Below are positions 12,248 through 21,515 of a DNA stretch of 64,000 bases, in pieces. A model generated the notes under the pieces. The model made no database searches. It saw only the letters and a program-made list of their open reading frames with translations, and was not told the origin of the DNA. This stretch comes from Botryllus schlosseri (Eukaryota). Position numbers and translations under genes: made by a program. Position 1 is the stretch's first letter. Every line of letters starts with the position of its first letter. The stretch is from NCBI GenBank assembly GCA_051294905.1, contig CM119381.1:7874001-7938000 (forward strand), in the 5' to 3' direction.

Positions 12248-13312
12248 CACTAAGACTTTGATGTTGCAGTTTGGTGATAATGAACCACCTGAATGTCCTT
12301 TTGTAATAACCGAAGTCTCGAAGCCTATATTGGGCTGGAATTTCATGACAAAGCATAAGTTGCTTTTAGATCCAGAATTGGATGAACTCGCGACTCGTGA
12401 CCGCAGTACTGTAATAAAATTGTCTCAAAACAAATTTTCGTCTCTTGTCGCGCAAATCGACGCGAGTGAACGCTCGCCATACGCTGAGTTACTTAAAGAG
12501 TTTCCGGAGATCTTGGTCCGGCAACCTGTTAAACGGCGCGAAATGAAACATGTCATGCATCTAAAATCTCCGAAGCCACGGTCGATCCCACCCCAGTATT
12601 TATTAGAAGTTCGGCGACAAATTAAAGATATGTTGGAGCACGGTGAAATTTCAAAATCGGATTCGGATTTTTGCTCGCCGATCGTTTGTGTTCCAAAACA
12701 TAGTCACGTTGAGGGGAAACCTCCCGGTGTGCGGTTGTGCATCGATTATCGTAACTTGAATTCGCATGTGGCTCCACAGTGTTATCCATTACCGAATATT
12801 GCGTCGATGCGTACACAAATGGCAGGGGCTAAAGTATTTTCCACTCTTGACATAGCAAGCGCGTACCACAACATTGAGGTGGTGGAGTCAGACCGCCATT
12901 TGACAGCGTTTTATGCTAAGGAAATCTGTAAATTTCAGTACAATGTGTGTCCGTTCGGTTTTCGGTCCAGTGGGGATCAATGGTGTAAATTGGCTTACAA
13001 GTTGCTTGGGGACATTCCTAATACTTTTCTGTATTGTGATGATATTGTAGTAGCGACGCCTGACCAGAAGTCTCATTTGGAGACATTGCGAGTAATTTTT
13101 GAGAAATTGAAGAGTGAGTCCCTTTCGTTGTCTATTGAGAAGTGTAAATTCAGAGCAGAGTCAGTTCGTTTTTTGGGGTTTTAGATTGACAAGGATGGCA
13201 TCAGACCAGATCCCAGACGAGTTGGGGCGATTGTGAAATTTCCAGTGCCAAAGACTATTCGTGAGGTGAGAAGGATGATCGGCATGATCAACTATTATTC
13301 GAGAAGCACCAA
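12248..13312 (+). pseudogene. pol: Element A protease C-terminus and reverse transcriptase
   Basis: RLCIDYRNLN, FSTLDIASAYHNI, PFG, YCDDIV, FLGF; stop at 13182-13184; cut by the Polinton at INYYSRSTK. Confidence 0.92.
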
Positions 13313-13620
13313 AGTAGTTATATTGTGGTCCCGTGATTCGTAAAATACCGGAAACAAGAATGTTGCATTTCGGAAGTCAGAAACGGTGCATTTTGAGCTA
13401 GCTAGTGGTCGAAAATCGGCCTATGGAGCTTCGAAAAAGCGTCATTGTGCGCTTCCCGCGATCGATTTTGAAAACAGGTGTTTTAATGCGAAGTGACCTA
13501 CATATTCTGCGGAGACAAATGACTATGGTATCCTGTCGACTGAATCACTACGCGAATTGCTTCCCGTCGACGCTCAGCGCAAAACTGACTCACTGTGTTA
13601 AGTATATCACGAATCACGGA
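13313..13620 (+). repeat. Polinton left TIR
   Basis: 13313-13570 matches the reverse complement of 30908-31165 at 257/258; 13571-13620 matches 30677-30726. Confidence 0.95.
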
Positions 13621-13641
13621 TTTATACATTGAATGTGTTTA

Positions 13642-14088
13642 TTATCCACCTGTAATCAAGCTCTTTACGAAAAAGCGAACAATTTTATCATTCTCATATT
13701 TGTTATCTCCAAAATAATTCAGATACTGTTCAGTTGAAAAACCTTGAGCTCTTTTAATCAAATATGAAATACAATGATCAGCACACATATCAGATTTTTT
13801 ACTTTGAAGCTGTTGCCTGGTAACGGTGAAGTCCTCTGAACCTAGAAACTCGACTATCTGAGGTTTTAGGGGTGGGAAACCAAGTGAATCATGTAAATGA
13901 GTGGAGTTATCGCTATATACACACACCCAATGAGAACCTGGTAACGTTGATTCGTCGTAATTGATGACAACAGCAAATTTCTGGTATTTTGGTTTTCTCG
14001 GTAGCTGATCCACAGCATAAGTCCCTATGAATAGATTTTTCGTGTCAGGATGATTGAAGAGAATATTATTAATCTCATCCGTGTTCAT
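13642..14088 (-). CDS. Polinton adenain-like cysteine protease (PRO)
   Basis: MNTDEI start, PGSHWV (His), HDSLG (Asp), LQ..SDMCADHC (Gln/Cys). Confidence 0.93.
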   Translation of the reverse strand: MNTDEINNILFNHPDTKNLFIGTYAVDQLPRKPKYQKFAVVINYDESTLPGSHWVCVYSDNSTHLHDSLGFPPLKPQIVEFLGSEDFTVTRQQLQSKKSDMCADHCISYLIKRAQGFSTEQYLNYFGDNKYENDKIVRFFVKSLITGG

Positions 14089-15356
14089 ATTTCCACGACC
14101 TGTCTTTTCTGGTTCAGTTGTAAGAGGTGTTGGTACTCTTTTAAGCACAGCAATGTCACAGACGTTGGTAGTGGTTTGGAGGTTGTCAAAACCAGGTGTA
14201 CGGTTCCGGTTTTGTGTAGTTGGTAACACCCTAAGCTATTATCTGGGGTCAAATCAAACACCAACAGAGTATAACCATTCATATAGTCGGTAGGTGATAT
14301 ATTTAAAGGTGCCTCACCTTCCCACCTCCCTGTCTCAGAAAAGAGCATCATATAACCTTCTAAACCCCCTGATTTTTCGAAATTGAAATGAAATTCTCTA
14401 CCTCGTAATTGATTGCCACAAACAGCCAATGACATATTCTGAATGTCATAATGTTTAAAGTTGAATGGGTTTTTGTTTCTAGCCCCGTTAAACGCTGTGG
14501 TTTCAACCAAGCCAATTACAATTTTTTTCGGCAAAGTCCCGCTAACTAACTCGCGGTCAAGCTTCGTCAGTCCCCCTGCGAATGTATGAGTTGACATTTG
14601 AAGACGAGACCACGGATATTTAGCATTCGATTTCTGTAATATCGATTTGTGAGCTAAGCTGACACTCTCTGTAATTTTCATTTGTTTGACATATAGTTCC
14701 ATATCCGTGATTACAATTTTCACGTCTTCGGTGGTTCCAATAAGGCAGAATTTGTCGTCGTTACATGTGAATCGTAATTTCATATCGACATTATCCAGCA
14801 TACATCTTGATTGCTCGAAAAGTCCCATTCGAATTTTACCAATCAACTCCAATGCTTTACTACTTTTCGTAAGACCTTTTCGCGTTACGTACCCGGTGTT
14901 TTCAGCGCCTATAGTATCCATAAATTTTGCGGTGTCTTTGTGGAAGCCCTGGCCACGAATAAAACTGTTGGATCCAGCGGGTGTGTCATTCAACAGTCGA
15001 TAGATATACGCTTTGTATGCGTGGCAATTGTCTGAATTGGTGATTACTTCATTTCCGATAGTTACATCAATTTATTTGAAAAGAGAATCTAATATATTGT
15101 TGACAAATGCTACTTCCGCGGCATCTGCTAAATCTGTTCCATCGTGTTTAGTAAGCTTTAGGCATAATCGTAAGAATGAGTTTTGCAGGTCGATGTATCT
15201 GTCTGTTTTAGGTAATGAAATTTCCATTACATTTCCCAGACTGTGTGGTTTAACGATGACATATTGTGAATTCTCTATCGAGGTTTGGGTATGAGGAACA
15301 CTAAATATATTTAATCCGTTATTATGACATTCGTGGGAATCTTCATGCATCATCAT
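14085..15356 (-). pseudogene. Polinton double jelly-roll major capsid protein (PY), one in-frame stop at 15072-15074
   Basis: ORFs 15072-15356 and 14085-14993 are in frame; motifs PHTQTSIE, VNNILDSLF, LPKKIVIGLV..AFNG..KNPFNFKH, GYTLLVFDLTPD. Confidence 0.93.
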
Positions 15357-15357
15357 G

Positions 15358-15732
15358 TTAATCGAAGATGTCCTTCTCTTTGCGGCGTCGCTTCTTAGAA
15401 ATGTTTGATTTAGTATTTTTCTTTCTTTTTATACCATTGTTGGGTTTCAAAATTCGATCAATAACGCGAGTCCCAGCTTGCTTACTTCTTTTGAGGGCAC
15501 TGGACTTGATGGAGTGTCCGTTCAAAAGATCTCTGGCTATCTCACCCCCGGTACGTAACAATTGTCCGCCAGCGTATTTCACAACAGGGGTCACGAAACG
15601 ACCAAGAGTTTTAAACAAGCTACCAATACCAGACCCTGTTTGGTGGCCACCAGCGAAATATCCAAATCCATTCCCTGTTTGATTATAATGGTTGTATACC
15701 GAGTGACGGTCGCAGGTGTACGCAACTTTCAT
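15358..15732 (-). CDS. Conserved small basic Polinton protein (QTGxG..GGHQTGSGIGSLF motif; probable core protein)
   Basis: Gly-rich QxGxGIG motif and K/R-rich tail, in the usual position beside the MCP gene. Confidence 0.75.
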   Translation of the reverse strand: MKVAYTCDRHSVYNHYNQTGNGFGYFAGGHQTGSGIGSLFKTLGRFVTPVVKYAGGQLLRTGGEIARDLLNGHSIKSSALKRSKQAGTRVIDRILKPNNGIKRKKNTKSNISKKRRRKEKDIFD

Positions 15733-16121
15733 AATTGCTTCCTAATGTTAAATGTGACTTGCAATGATTGGTTGTCTATATTTATAGGGTCACCAAATTC
15801 ATTTCTCAATGAAATACAAACGGAGTGTATAACATCTTGCGATATCGAAAAATAATATGGATTCGTCGATATCCAATTTTGTGACATGGTGTTATTTTGT
15901 AACGGAATGACACGGAGTAAATTAGCAAATGCGTCCCCGACCAATCGTGGATTGATAATATTACAATAGACAAACAAATATCGTCCTGGTATAGGTTTGG
16001 TCAATGTCATATTCATCTCCATAAGCGCTATCTCACGGTATCTCGTAGAGATTTCGTTAACAGTGGACAACCAGTGTTGGAAACCTATACCATTCCTAGA
16101 ATTGGTCAGCGTTAAAATCAT
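15729..16121 (-). CDS. Minor capsid (penton-like, PX) paralogue 3, minimal 130 aa
   Basis: YLFVYCNII.PRLVGD..ANLLRVI...NPYYFSI...ISLRNEFG. Confidence 0.8.
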   Translation of the reverse strand: MILTLTNSRNGIGFQHWLSTVNEISTRYREIALMEMNMTLTKPIPGRYLFVYCNIINPRLVGDAFANLLRVIPLQNNTMSQNWISTNPYYFSISQDVIHSVCISLRNEFGDPINIDNQSLQVTFNIRKQL

Positions 16122-16795
16122 CGTAAATGAAGTGTCAACGTAGTGTGTATACCCTGGATCAACTGACCGAATTGGTCTCTAATGGAGATTTTTATATTCT
16201 GGATGTGATTTGTTGATACTGGAAAATATATCGGTTTCTCATAAATGATCTCTTCGCGGTAACGTGGAGTGGTTTTGATTTGAATAACGCGAAGTAGTTG
16301 ACTCATATAATCACCCACGTGACGATGCTTGACTGAGTCACAATAAACAAAAAGATATCTTATCTCAGTGGGCACCGGTTTACACCTGATTAATGTGGAA
16401 TTACATAACCGTGATGTTAGCTCGCGTGTGACATTGAAATATTTTTCTAGAATACTGTTGGGGTGGATTGTAATATGTATCGGGGTTAGAATTCGGAATA
16501 GTTCTCCACTGATTTTCTCTATGTTATAAACAGTATTATACGGAAATCTTTCAGATAAAATCCTATCCATCAACTGTTTCGGGGTAGCATAATTTCCAAT
16601 GGGGGTAAGGTATGTATCTAGTAATTGTTGTGAATTACGATACTCCCAAATTTTTTAATCACGTTCAATTATAATTTGATTGTTTAACTCAACATTAAAG
16701 CTTATGTCCATAAGTGAGATTTCATTGCAAATGATAGTCTTGGTAAGGTCGACTGAGAATCCCGCGTGATCTCCAGAAATTGTGACGTATGTCAT
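16118..16795 (-). pseudogene. Minor capsid paralogue 2 (~225 aa), in-frame stop at 16655-16657
   Basis: ATG at 16795 in frame with ORF 16118-16573; YLFVYCDSV..RHVGD..SQLLRVI..KPIYFPV..ISIRDQFG. Confidence 0.8.
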
Positions 16796-17625
16796 ATCGA
16801 GTCCACAGCTTTTCGGCGGAATAAAAGACTGACAGTGACAGGTCCTTTTTGAAATTTAATTGGATTACCAAATTTATCATGTAAATATATTCTTATTCGG
16901 CGAAATTTGTTTTTCGCCAATTGAAAATAGTATGGTTTATGAAAGACACTAGTTTGATTCTGATTTGGTTCACATGTCACTGTGATGACTCGTAAGAGTG
17001 GTTGTAACTGATTACCATGGGGTCGTGGCTGAATCAAATCAGAATAGACATAAATTTGATCGATTGGGTCTAATTTCACGGCAGGGGAAAATATGAATTC
17101 TATCGGCATAGTGGAATGCGGGGCATATACGCGCTTAAAAGCTAATTTACTCAACACGGGGCCAATAGGTGACAATCCGTAAGTCTCTATTGATTTCTCG
17201 GTGTTAAGGTCTTTCGGTCTTGTAACCATACTCCCGATGTTATTATTTGTCGAAATACTTCGCGTGTGTCTAACTCTGTGCGATGGTAAATATCGAAAAG
17301 CGATTCTAAACTCGTCATATCCTTGAATGATGAATATTTCACCCATGTAGTATTTTTCAAAAGATTCTAGCATTTCCGCGACATTGTGATAAGATCCTTC
17401 TGGAATATAATATTGCTTGACACCTGAATTTTCATCACCAAATCTGAACCCCATAGTATTTCTTGCCACTTCAATCCGGGGTTGAAAATTATTTTCAAAA
17501 CTTATTTCAGAAAGACCGACAAGGTGTTGTGGCATTTCTAGTTCACTGTAGAGTTCTGTTTCAAAATTTGATGGTGTATTTTCAAAAATTGACATACTAG
17601 CATTGGATGGTAAGGTTAACAGCAT
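16792..17625 (-). CDS. Minor capsid paralogue 1 (canonical PX-like, 277 aa)
   Basis: LTLPSNAS N-terminus, VGLSEISF, IYVYSDLI, LLRVI, KPYYFQL, DKFGNPI. Confidence 0.88.
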   Translation of the reverse strand: MLLTLPSNASMSIFENTPSNFETELYSELEMPQHLVGLSEISFENNFQPRIEVARNTMGFRFGDENSGVKQYYIPEGSYHNVAEMLESFEKYYMGEIFIIQGYDEFRIAFRYLPSHRVRHTRSISTNNNIGSMVTRPKDLNTEKSIETYGLSPIGPVLSKLAFKRVYAPHSTMPIEFIFSPAVKLDPIDQIYVYSDLIQPRPHGNQLQPLLRVITVTCEPNQNQTSVFHKPYYFQLAKNKFRRIRIYLHDKFGNPIKFQKGPVTVSLLFRRKAVDSI

Positions 17626-17637
17626 TTTATTGTATTT

Positions 17638-17853
17638 TCAGTGCACACGATGAGGAGACGGTTGTGGGAGTAAATATCCTAGACAGCTCGATAACAGCGT
17701 TAAATATATTTCGCGATCGGGTTTCACAGAAATTTGATATAACGAAAAAATGATTATTCCGACTAGCATAAAAATTTGTACGACAAATACACACTGATTT
17801 TTTATTTCAAGTTTGAATTCAGTAACGCGGCTTGACGTGGACTGGGAATCCAT
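17638..17853 (-). CDS. Small hydrophobic (membrane) Polinton protein
   Basis: Hydrophobic stretch FVVQIFMLVGIIIFSLYQI and LLSSCLGYLLPQP tail, between the INT and PX genes. Confidence 0.55.
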   Translation of the reverse strand: MDSQSTSSRVTEFKLEIKNQCVFVVQIFMLVGIIIFSLYQISVKPDREIYLTLLSSCLGYLLPQPSPHRVH

Positions 17854-17876
17854 ATTTACAATATAAAAAACATTAC

Positions 17877-18953
17877 TCAGGGCTTTATATAGTAATCCGA
17901 AACCCACGAATTAAATTTTTCGGGGTATCCAGACCATTTGACCAGATACTCGGTTTTCCCGGCCTTCTTACGTGTAGACAGAATCTTTTCGACGTTGAAA
18001 ATGTCATTATCAATAATCACAGGTTGAATTTCTTCGCGTTGAAAGCGGCCGGATATATTTTCGTTTGCATAATCTTTCAGTTGATAACTAATCGGGTCCC
18101 CAGAAAAACATTTCGAAATGAAAAATATTTCTTCGCTCCAACCAGCCAATGCTGATTTTACGAATCGTTGTCGTGTTTTTGAAATCCTCACAGGGGTACC
18201 AACGGATAGTGTTGGTTGCTTTGGTGTGGTATCACCGTATAATCGATGAAAGACATCTTTTTGATTTGAAAAATTAACATCAACCGGAGCGCGGCCTAAA
18301 CTCGTATGGTAAGTTGAGTTAAATCCTAGACATATTTCCGATAAAACATTGACGTAATTTAACGTTTTATTATGTGTAAAATACCGGAATAGTATTTGCT
18401 TCACACTTCTGATGGCACGCTCGGCTATAGATGCCTTCAATTCGCTATGTGTGAAAAAGTGTTTTACACCGTTCTGTTTTAAAAAACTCTGGAAGGAGCG
18501 GTTTGTAAACTCAGTTCCCTGGTCGCTCTGAATAATGTGGGGTTTAATTTGGGTAAAGATTTCTTTGAAACATCGAATAACACCCTTTGCAGATTTATCT
18601 CGAAGCGGGAAAAGATATAGAAATTTACTGAATATGTCCACAACCAATAATATGTATTTGAAACCATCATTTTCCGATGCTAGGTTTTCCATGTGCATGA
18701 GGTCAGCTTGATATTGGACACCTAAACCTGATGTAATTACTTTTGGACGTTGAAACTTTTGTCGGACAGGGAAATGTCTGGTATAGGTCTCGTGTCGCCT
18801 AAGAAAGTCTTTTACCGCGGCTCTATTGCGCCCCCTGCCGAACACATACGCTCCACGATAGCTACCAGGTCGAGCAGGAGCGAAATATTCAGTAAACGTT
18901 CCATTTGAATCGCGCCGGTGTCTTGATAGACCGCCCCCTTTTCGTTGTGACAT
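17877..18953 (-). CDS. Polinton retroviral-like integrase with C-terminal chromodomain
   Basis: QADL, VVDIFSK, QSDQGTEF, KASIAERAIR; chromodomain VEKILS.RK..GKTEYLVKWSGY; true start probably the ATG near 18905 with a 1-nt frameshift. Confidence 0.93.
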   Translation of the reverse strand: MSQRKGGGLSRHRRDSNGTFTEYFAPARPGSYRGAYVFGRGRNRAAVKDFLRRHETYTRHFPVRQKFQRPKVITSGLGVQYQADLMHMENLASENDGFKYILLVVDIFSKFLYLFPLRDKSAKGVIRCFKEIFTQIKPHIIQSDQGTEFTNRSFQSFLKQNGVKHFFTHSELKASIAERAIRSVKQILFRYFTHNKTLNYVNVLSEICLGFNSTYHTSLGRAPVDVNFSNQKDVFHRLYGDTTPKQPTLSVGTPVRISKTRQRFVKSALAGWSEEIFFISKCFSGDPISYQLKDYANENISGRFQREEIQPVIIDNDIFNVEKILSTRKKAGKTEYLVKWSGYPEKFNSWVSDYYIKP

Positions 18954-19296
18954 GGGGCGAAGGGATTTTAGTTCTGGGTCTAGCAGGTGACTGGTTCGGT
19001 ACGGGGATCTTTGAAGATTCAGGTTTGATTTTTATCATGTGTCGTAACGCATCCAATTCAGCATTAGAAAACAGGTTAGGTTGATTTGGTACATCAATTT
19101 TCATGGGTTGATTAAGAACATCGTGTCTGTTCTGGAACCGATTCAACGCGTCGTTATATAACGCCAATTTTTTATCCCGCGGAATATCCATTTGTAATAT
19201 TTCGTATATACGTTTATCGATGTCTGAATTCAGTTTTTGAATGTCGACATGGTTGAGTGGATTCGGCGTGACGTAAATTTTCTTGAAATGTGTCAT
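18889..19296 (-). CDS. Polinton hypothetical protein (135 aa)
   Basis: Open ORF within the co-oriented cassette, ATGA overlap with the upstream gene; LNKxI..IL...K...Y..AL pattern. Confidence 0.65.
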   Translation of the reverse strand: MTHFKKIYVTPNPLNHVDIQKLNSDIDKRIYEILQMDIPRDKKLALYNDALNRFQNRHDVLNQPMKIDVPNQPNLFSNAELDALRHMIKIKPESSKIPVPNQSPARPRTKIPSPHVTTKRGRSIKTPARFKWNVY

Positions 19297-19640
19297 TTCT
19301 TAAATAAATTCCCGAGTAATCCTGTAACTACTGGGAGTATACTTGATATTAGAGACATAAACATCCCACCATTTTGAGTCACAAGAGTCCTTTTACGGCG
19401 CAATGAAACGTCTTTGTTGGTAAGCTTCCTCAAGATGTTCCTATGGCAACACGAGCGTTTTCTCTGGGACGCTGATAGCGGTATATTTCCGTGTAATAAA
19501 TTTTTCGCACACTCACAAATACAACGTATTAGACCTTCACTAGCCCCAGATAAAATCTCCTTGCGTATCGCGGGTTTAGCTTGATGCAAGAATGCTAATG
19601 TTGGCAAATGGTCTCTTGTTCTGCGCGGAATCGGAGTCAT
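19293..19640 (-). CDS. Conserved Polinton protein with C-terminal QNGG plus amphipathic helix
   Basis: LIRCICECAKNLLHGNIPLS..Q...GGMFMSLISSILPVV, recognised as the small gene next to the ATPase in Polintons. Confidence 0.72.
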   Translation of the reverse strand: MTPIPRRTRDHLPTLAFLHQAKPAIRKEILSGASEGLIRCICECAKNLLHGNIPLSASQRKRSCCHRNILRKLTNKDVSLRRKRTLVTQNGGMFMSLISSILPVVTGLLGNLFKK

Positions 19641-19671
19641 TTTGAAACCAGAACAGCGTACACCCCGGTAT

Positions 19672-20280
19672 TTATACCGGTTGAGTGTAAATAGTCAATG
19701 TTTCGCCTGGAAATATATTGGTCATGACCCGTCTATCATCGGGGCACTCTTGTGTGAGATCGAGGCACAAATACGAATGAGGTCTCTTGACAGCGTCTCT
19801 ATAACATTCTGTTAGAAACTTGGACTTTGGGTACATCTGACGCCCCAAGACAGATATTTGGTTCTGATCTCTGGGATTTTTAAACAGGCAGACATACATA
19901 GCTGATAGACTTAGATCGCGAGCGCCTTTGCCCTGATGATGAAAGTTTTGTGTGCAGAATATTATTGACTTTCGGTTATGATGCGATATACGTATAAAAT
20001 ATTCTACCAATTTTTCTGTCTGAGTCATAAAATCGTCTACTATTATCAAAACATCCTCATTACTTGATTTAAGATCTTCCAAAATCTCCAATCCATTGTA
20101 AAATTCAACCTGGGGCATGGTCTCAAAAATACTCTGATAATTATTATAGCAGTACACGATTCTAGAAATATTAGGTTTGATCATTGAGGCTGCATTCTTG
20201 ATCAGTTTAGTGATGAAAGTAGTTTTACCACTACGAGATGGTCCGGATAGGATGAATGAGAAAGGATGCTTGAATTCCAT
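19672..20280 (-). CDS. A32/FtsK-like genome packaging ATPase
   Basis: Walker A GPSRSGKT, Walker B LIIVDDFM, SHH, TQNF, LFKNPRD. Confidence 0.95.
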   Translation of the reverse strand: MEFKHPFSFILSGPSRSGKTTFITKLIKNAASMIKPNISRIVYCYNNYQSIFETMPQVEFYNGLEILEDLKSSNEDVLIIVDDFMTQTEKLVEYFIRISHHNRKSIIFCTQNFHHQGKGARDLSLSAMYVCLFKNPRDQNQISVLGRQMYPKSKFLTECYRDAVKRPHSYLCLDLTQECPDDRRVMTNIFPGETLTIYTQPV

Positions 20281-20313
20281 GTTGCTGTTTATTCAAAACT
20301 CGAAAAACGAATG

Positions 20314-20323
20314 TATTTATATA
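20314..20323 (-). promoter_or_regulatory. TATA box upstream of the ATPase/capsid cassette
   Basis: TATATAAATA about 35-40 nt upstream of the ATPase ATG. Confidence 0.45.
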
Positions 20324-20561
20324 TAGATATATATATATCACGAGTCCGCGGACTGGGAGAATCCACTGTTGTATTCATCTTCAAGTGGGATGTATACTCC
20401 CAGCAAAGTTCGATTCAGCAGTTTGCCGCGTGTGACAAAGTCCTCATCACTGGTTTGTAATTTCGTCAAGGGTAGTTGCAAGGTCACGAAGGCTTTTTGA
20501 AGATCGTCCAGCAGTTGTTCCCAGTCTAGATATGAAATGATATTAGAGTTGTGTCGGAAAG

Positions 20562-20843
20562 TTATTTGTGAAAATGTCTAGCATGAGAACACAAAATCAT
20601 ACATGCTATCTCACCATGGGAGCATTGTTCTAAATCCTCGCGTTGTCTTGAAACGCATCGATTGTAGAATTCATTCGATATATCATGTCTCAAATACATG
20701 TCGACGACTTGAATGCGATCGCGATAACGGCACAGTGTCTTGTCATGTAGTTGATCCAGTTTGGAATGTTGTAGTATAGATTTTAAGTAGTTAGTAGCCA
20801 TCGGTAAAACAAAACACAAATACATTAAACCATCCGAGCACAA
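20562..20843 (-). CDS. Polinton hypothetical ORF (possibly disrupted)
   Basis: Co-oriented 93-aa ORF; no recognisable motif. Confidence 0.35.
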   Translation of the reverse strand: MCSDGLMYLCFVLPMATNYLKSILQHSKLDQLHDKTLCRYRDRIQVVDMYLRHDISNEFYNRCVSRQREDLEQCSHGEIACMILCSHARHFHK

Positions 20844-20919
20844 AACTGGTCTTTAACCCGGTTAGATATTACATTCGAACACCTAAAATTGATAAGCATT
20901 ATCACTAAACAGCAAAATA

Positions 20920-21462
20920 TCACAAATTTGGATCGGCACAGTTATAGTTATCGGGGAAGCCATCATTTCTCAACTCAGAAGGTTGTGTTCCAGCATCACT
21001 GCTTTCCGAGTCTGAATGAGATCGTTTTTTAGAGTTGGCGGCACGATGCTGATCGAGAAAGAGCTGCAAGGAACGCCCACGCATACAATTCTTGAAGTTG
21101 GCTCTTTTTTCCTCCCGATCGAAAAGTGGAATCCAAGTCCTGGTTTTACCCAAAACGACATAATTCGTCAGCTTGGCTCGATTGAAAATGTCTTGGTGAT
21201 CACTCGGTAGCTTGCGGTCTGGGAATCGGAGTTGTAGTAGTGCTTCCATGCATATTTCACGAATAGAGTTCCATCTTTGTTCGAGCTGATTCAGGCGCTC
21301 TCTGTAATGACGGTCGGATATCGTACCGGTGAGTGGCTCGTCCTGGGTCCCGACAATAGAGTGTTGCGTTAAATCCTGTTCCAAGCCAATGGTTTGCTTA
21401 TGCAAAGTATCCAAATCTAACTCTATTAAAACAGATTTGATGAAAGAACTTGCACTATTCAT
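20920..21462 (-). CDS. Polinton hypothetical protein downstream of PolB
   Basis: Long co-oriented ORF; ATG at 21462 directly follows a polypyrimidine-CAG acceptor-like sequence. Confidence 0.55.
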   Translation of the reverse strand: MNSASSFIKSVLIELDLDTLHKQTIGLEQDLTQHSIVGTQDEPLTGTISDRHYRERLNQLEQRWNSIREICMEALLQLRFPDRKLPSDHQDIFNRAKLTNYVVLGKTRTWIPLFDREEKRANFKNCMRGRSLQLFLDQHRAANSKKRSHSDSESSDAGTQPSELRNDGFPDNYNCADPNL

Positions 21463-21515
21463 CTGTGAAAAAACAAGAAAAAACATGATCAGAAATATAC
21501 AAAAGCAATTACACA

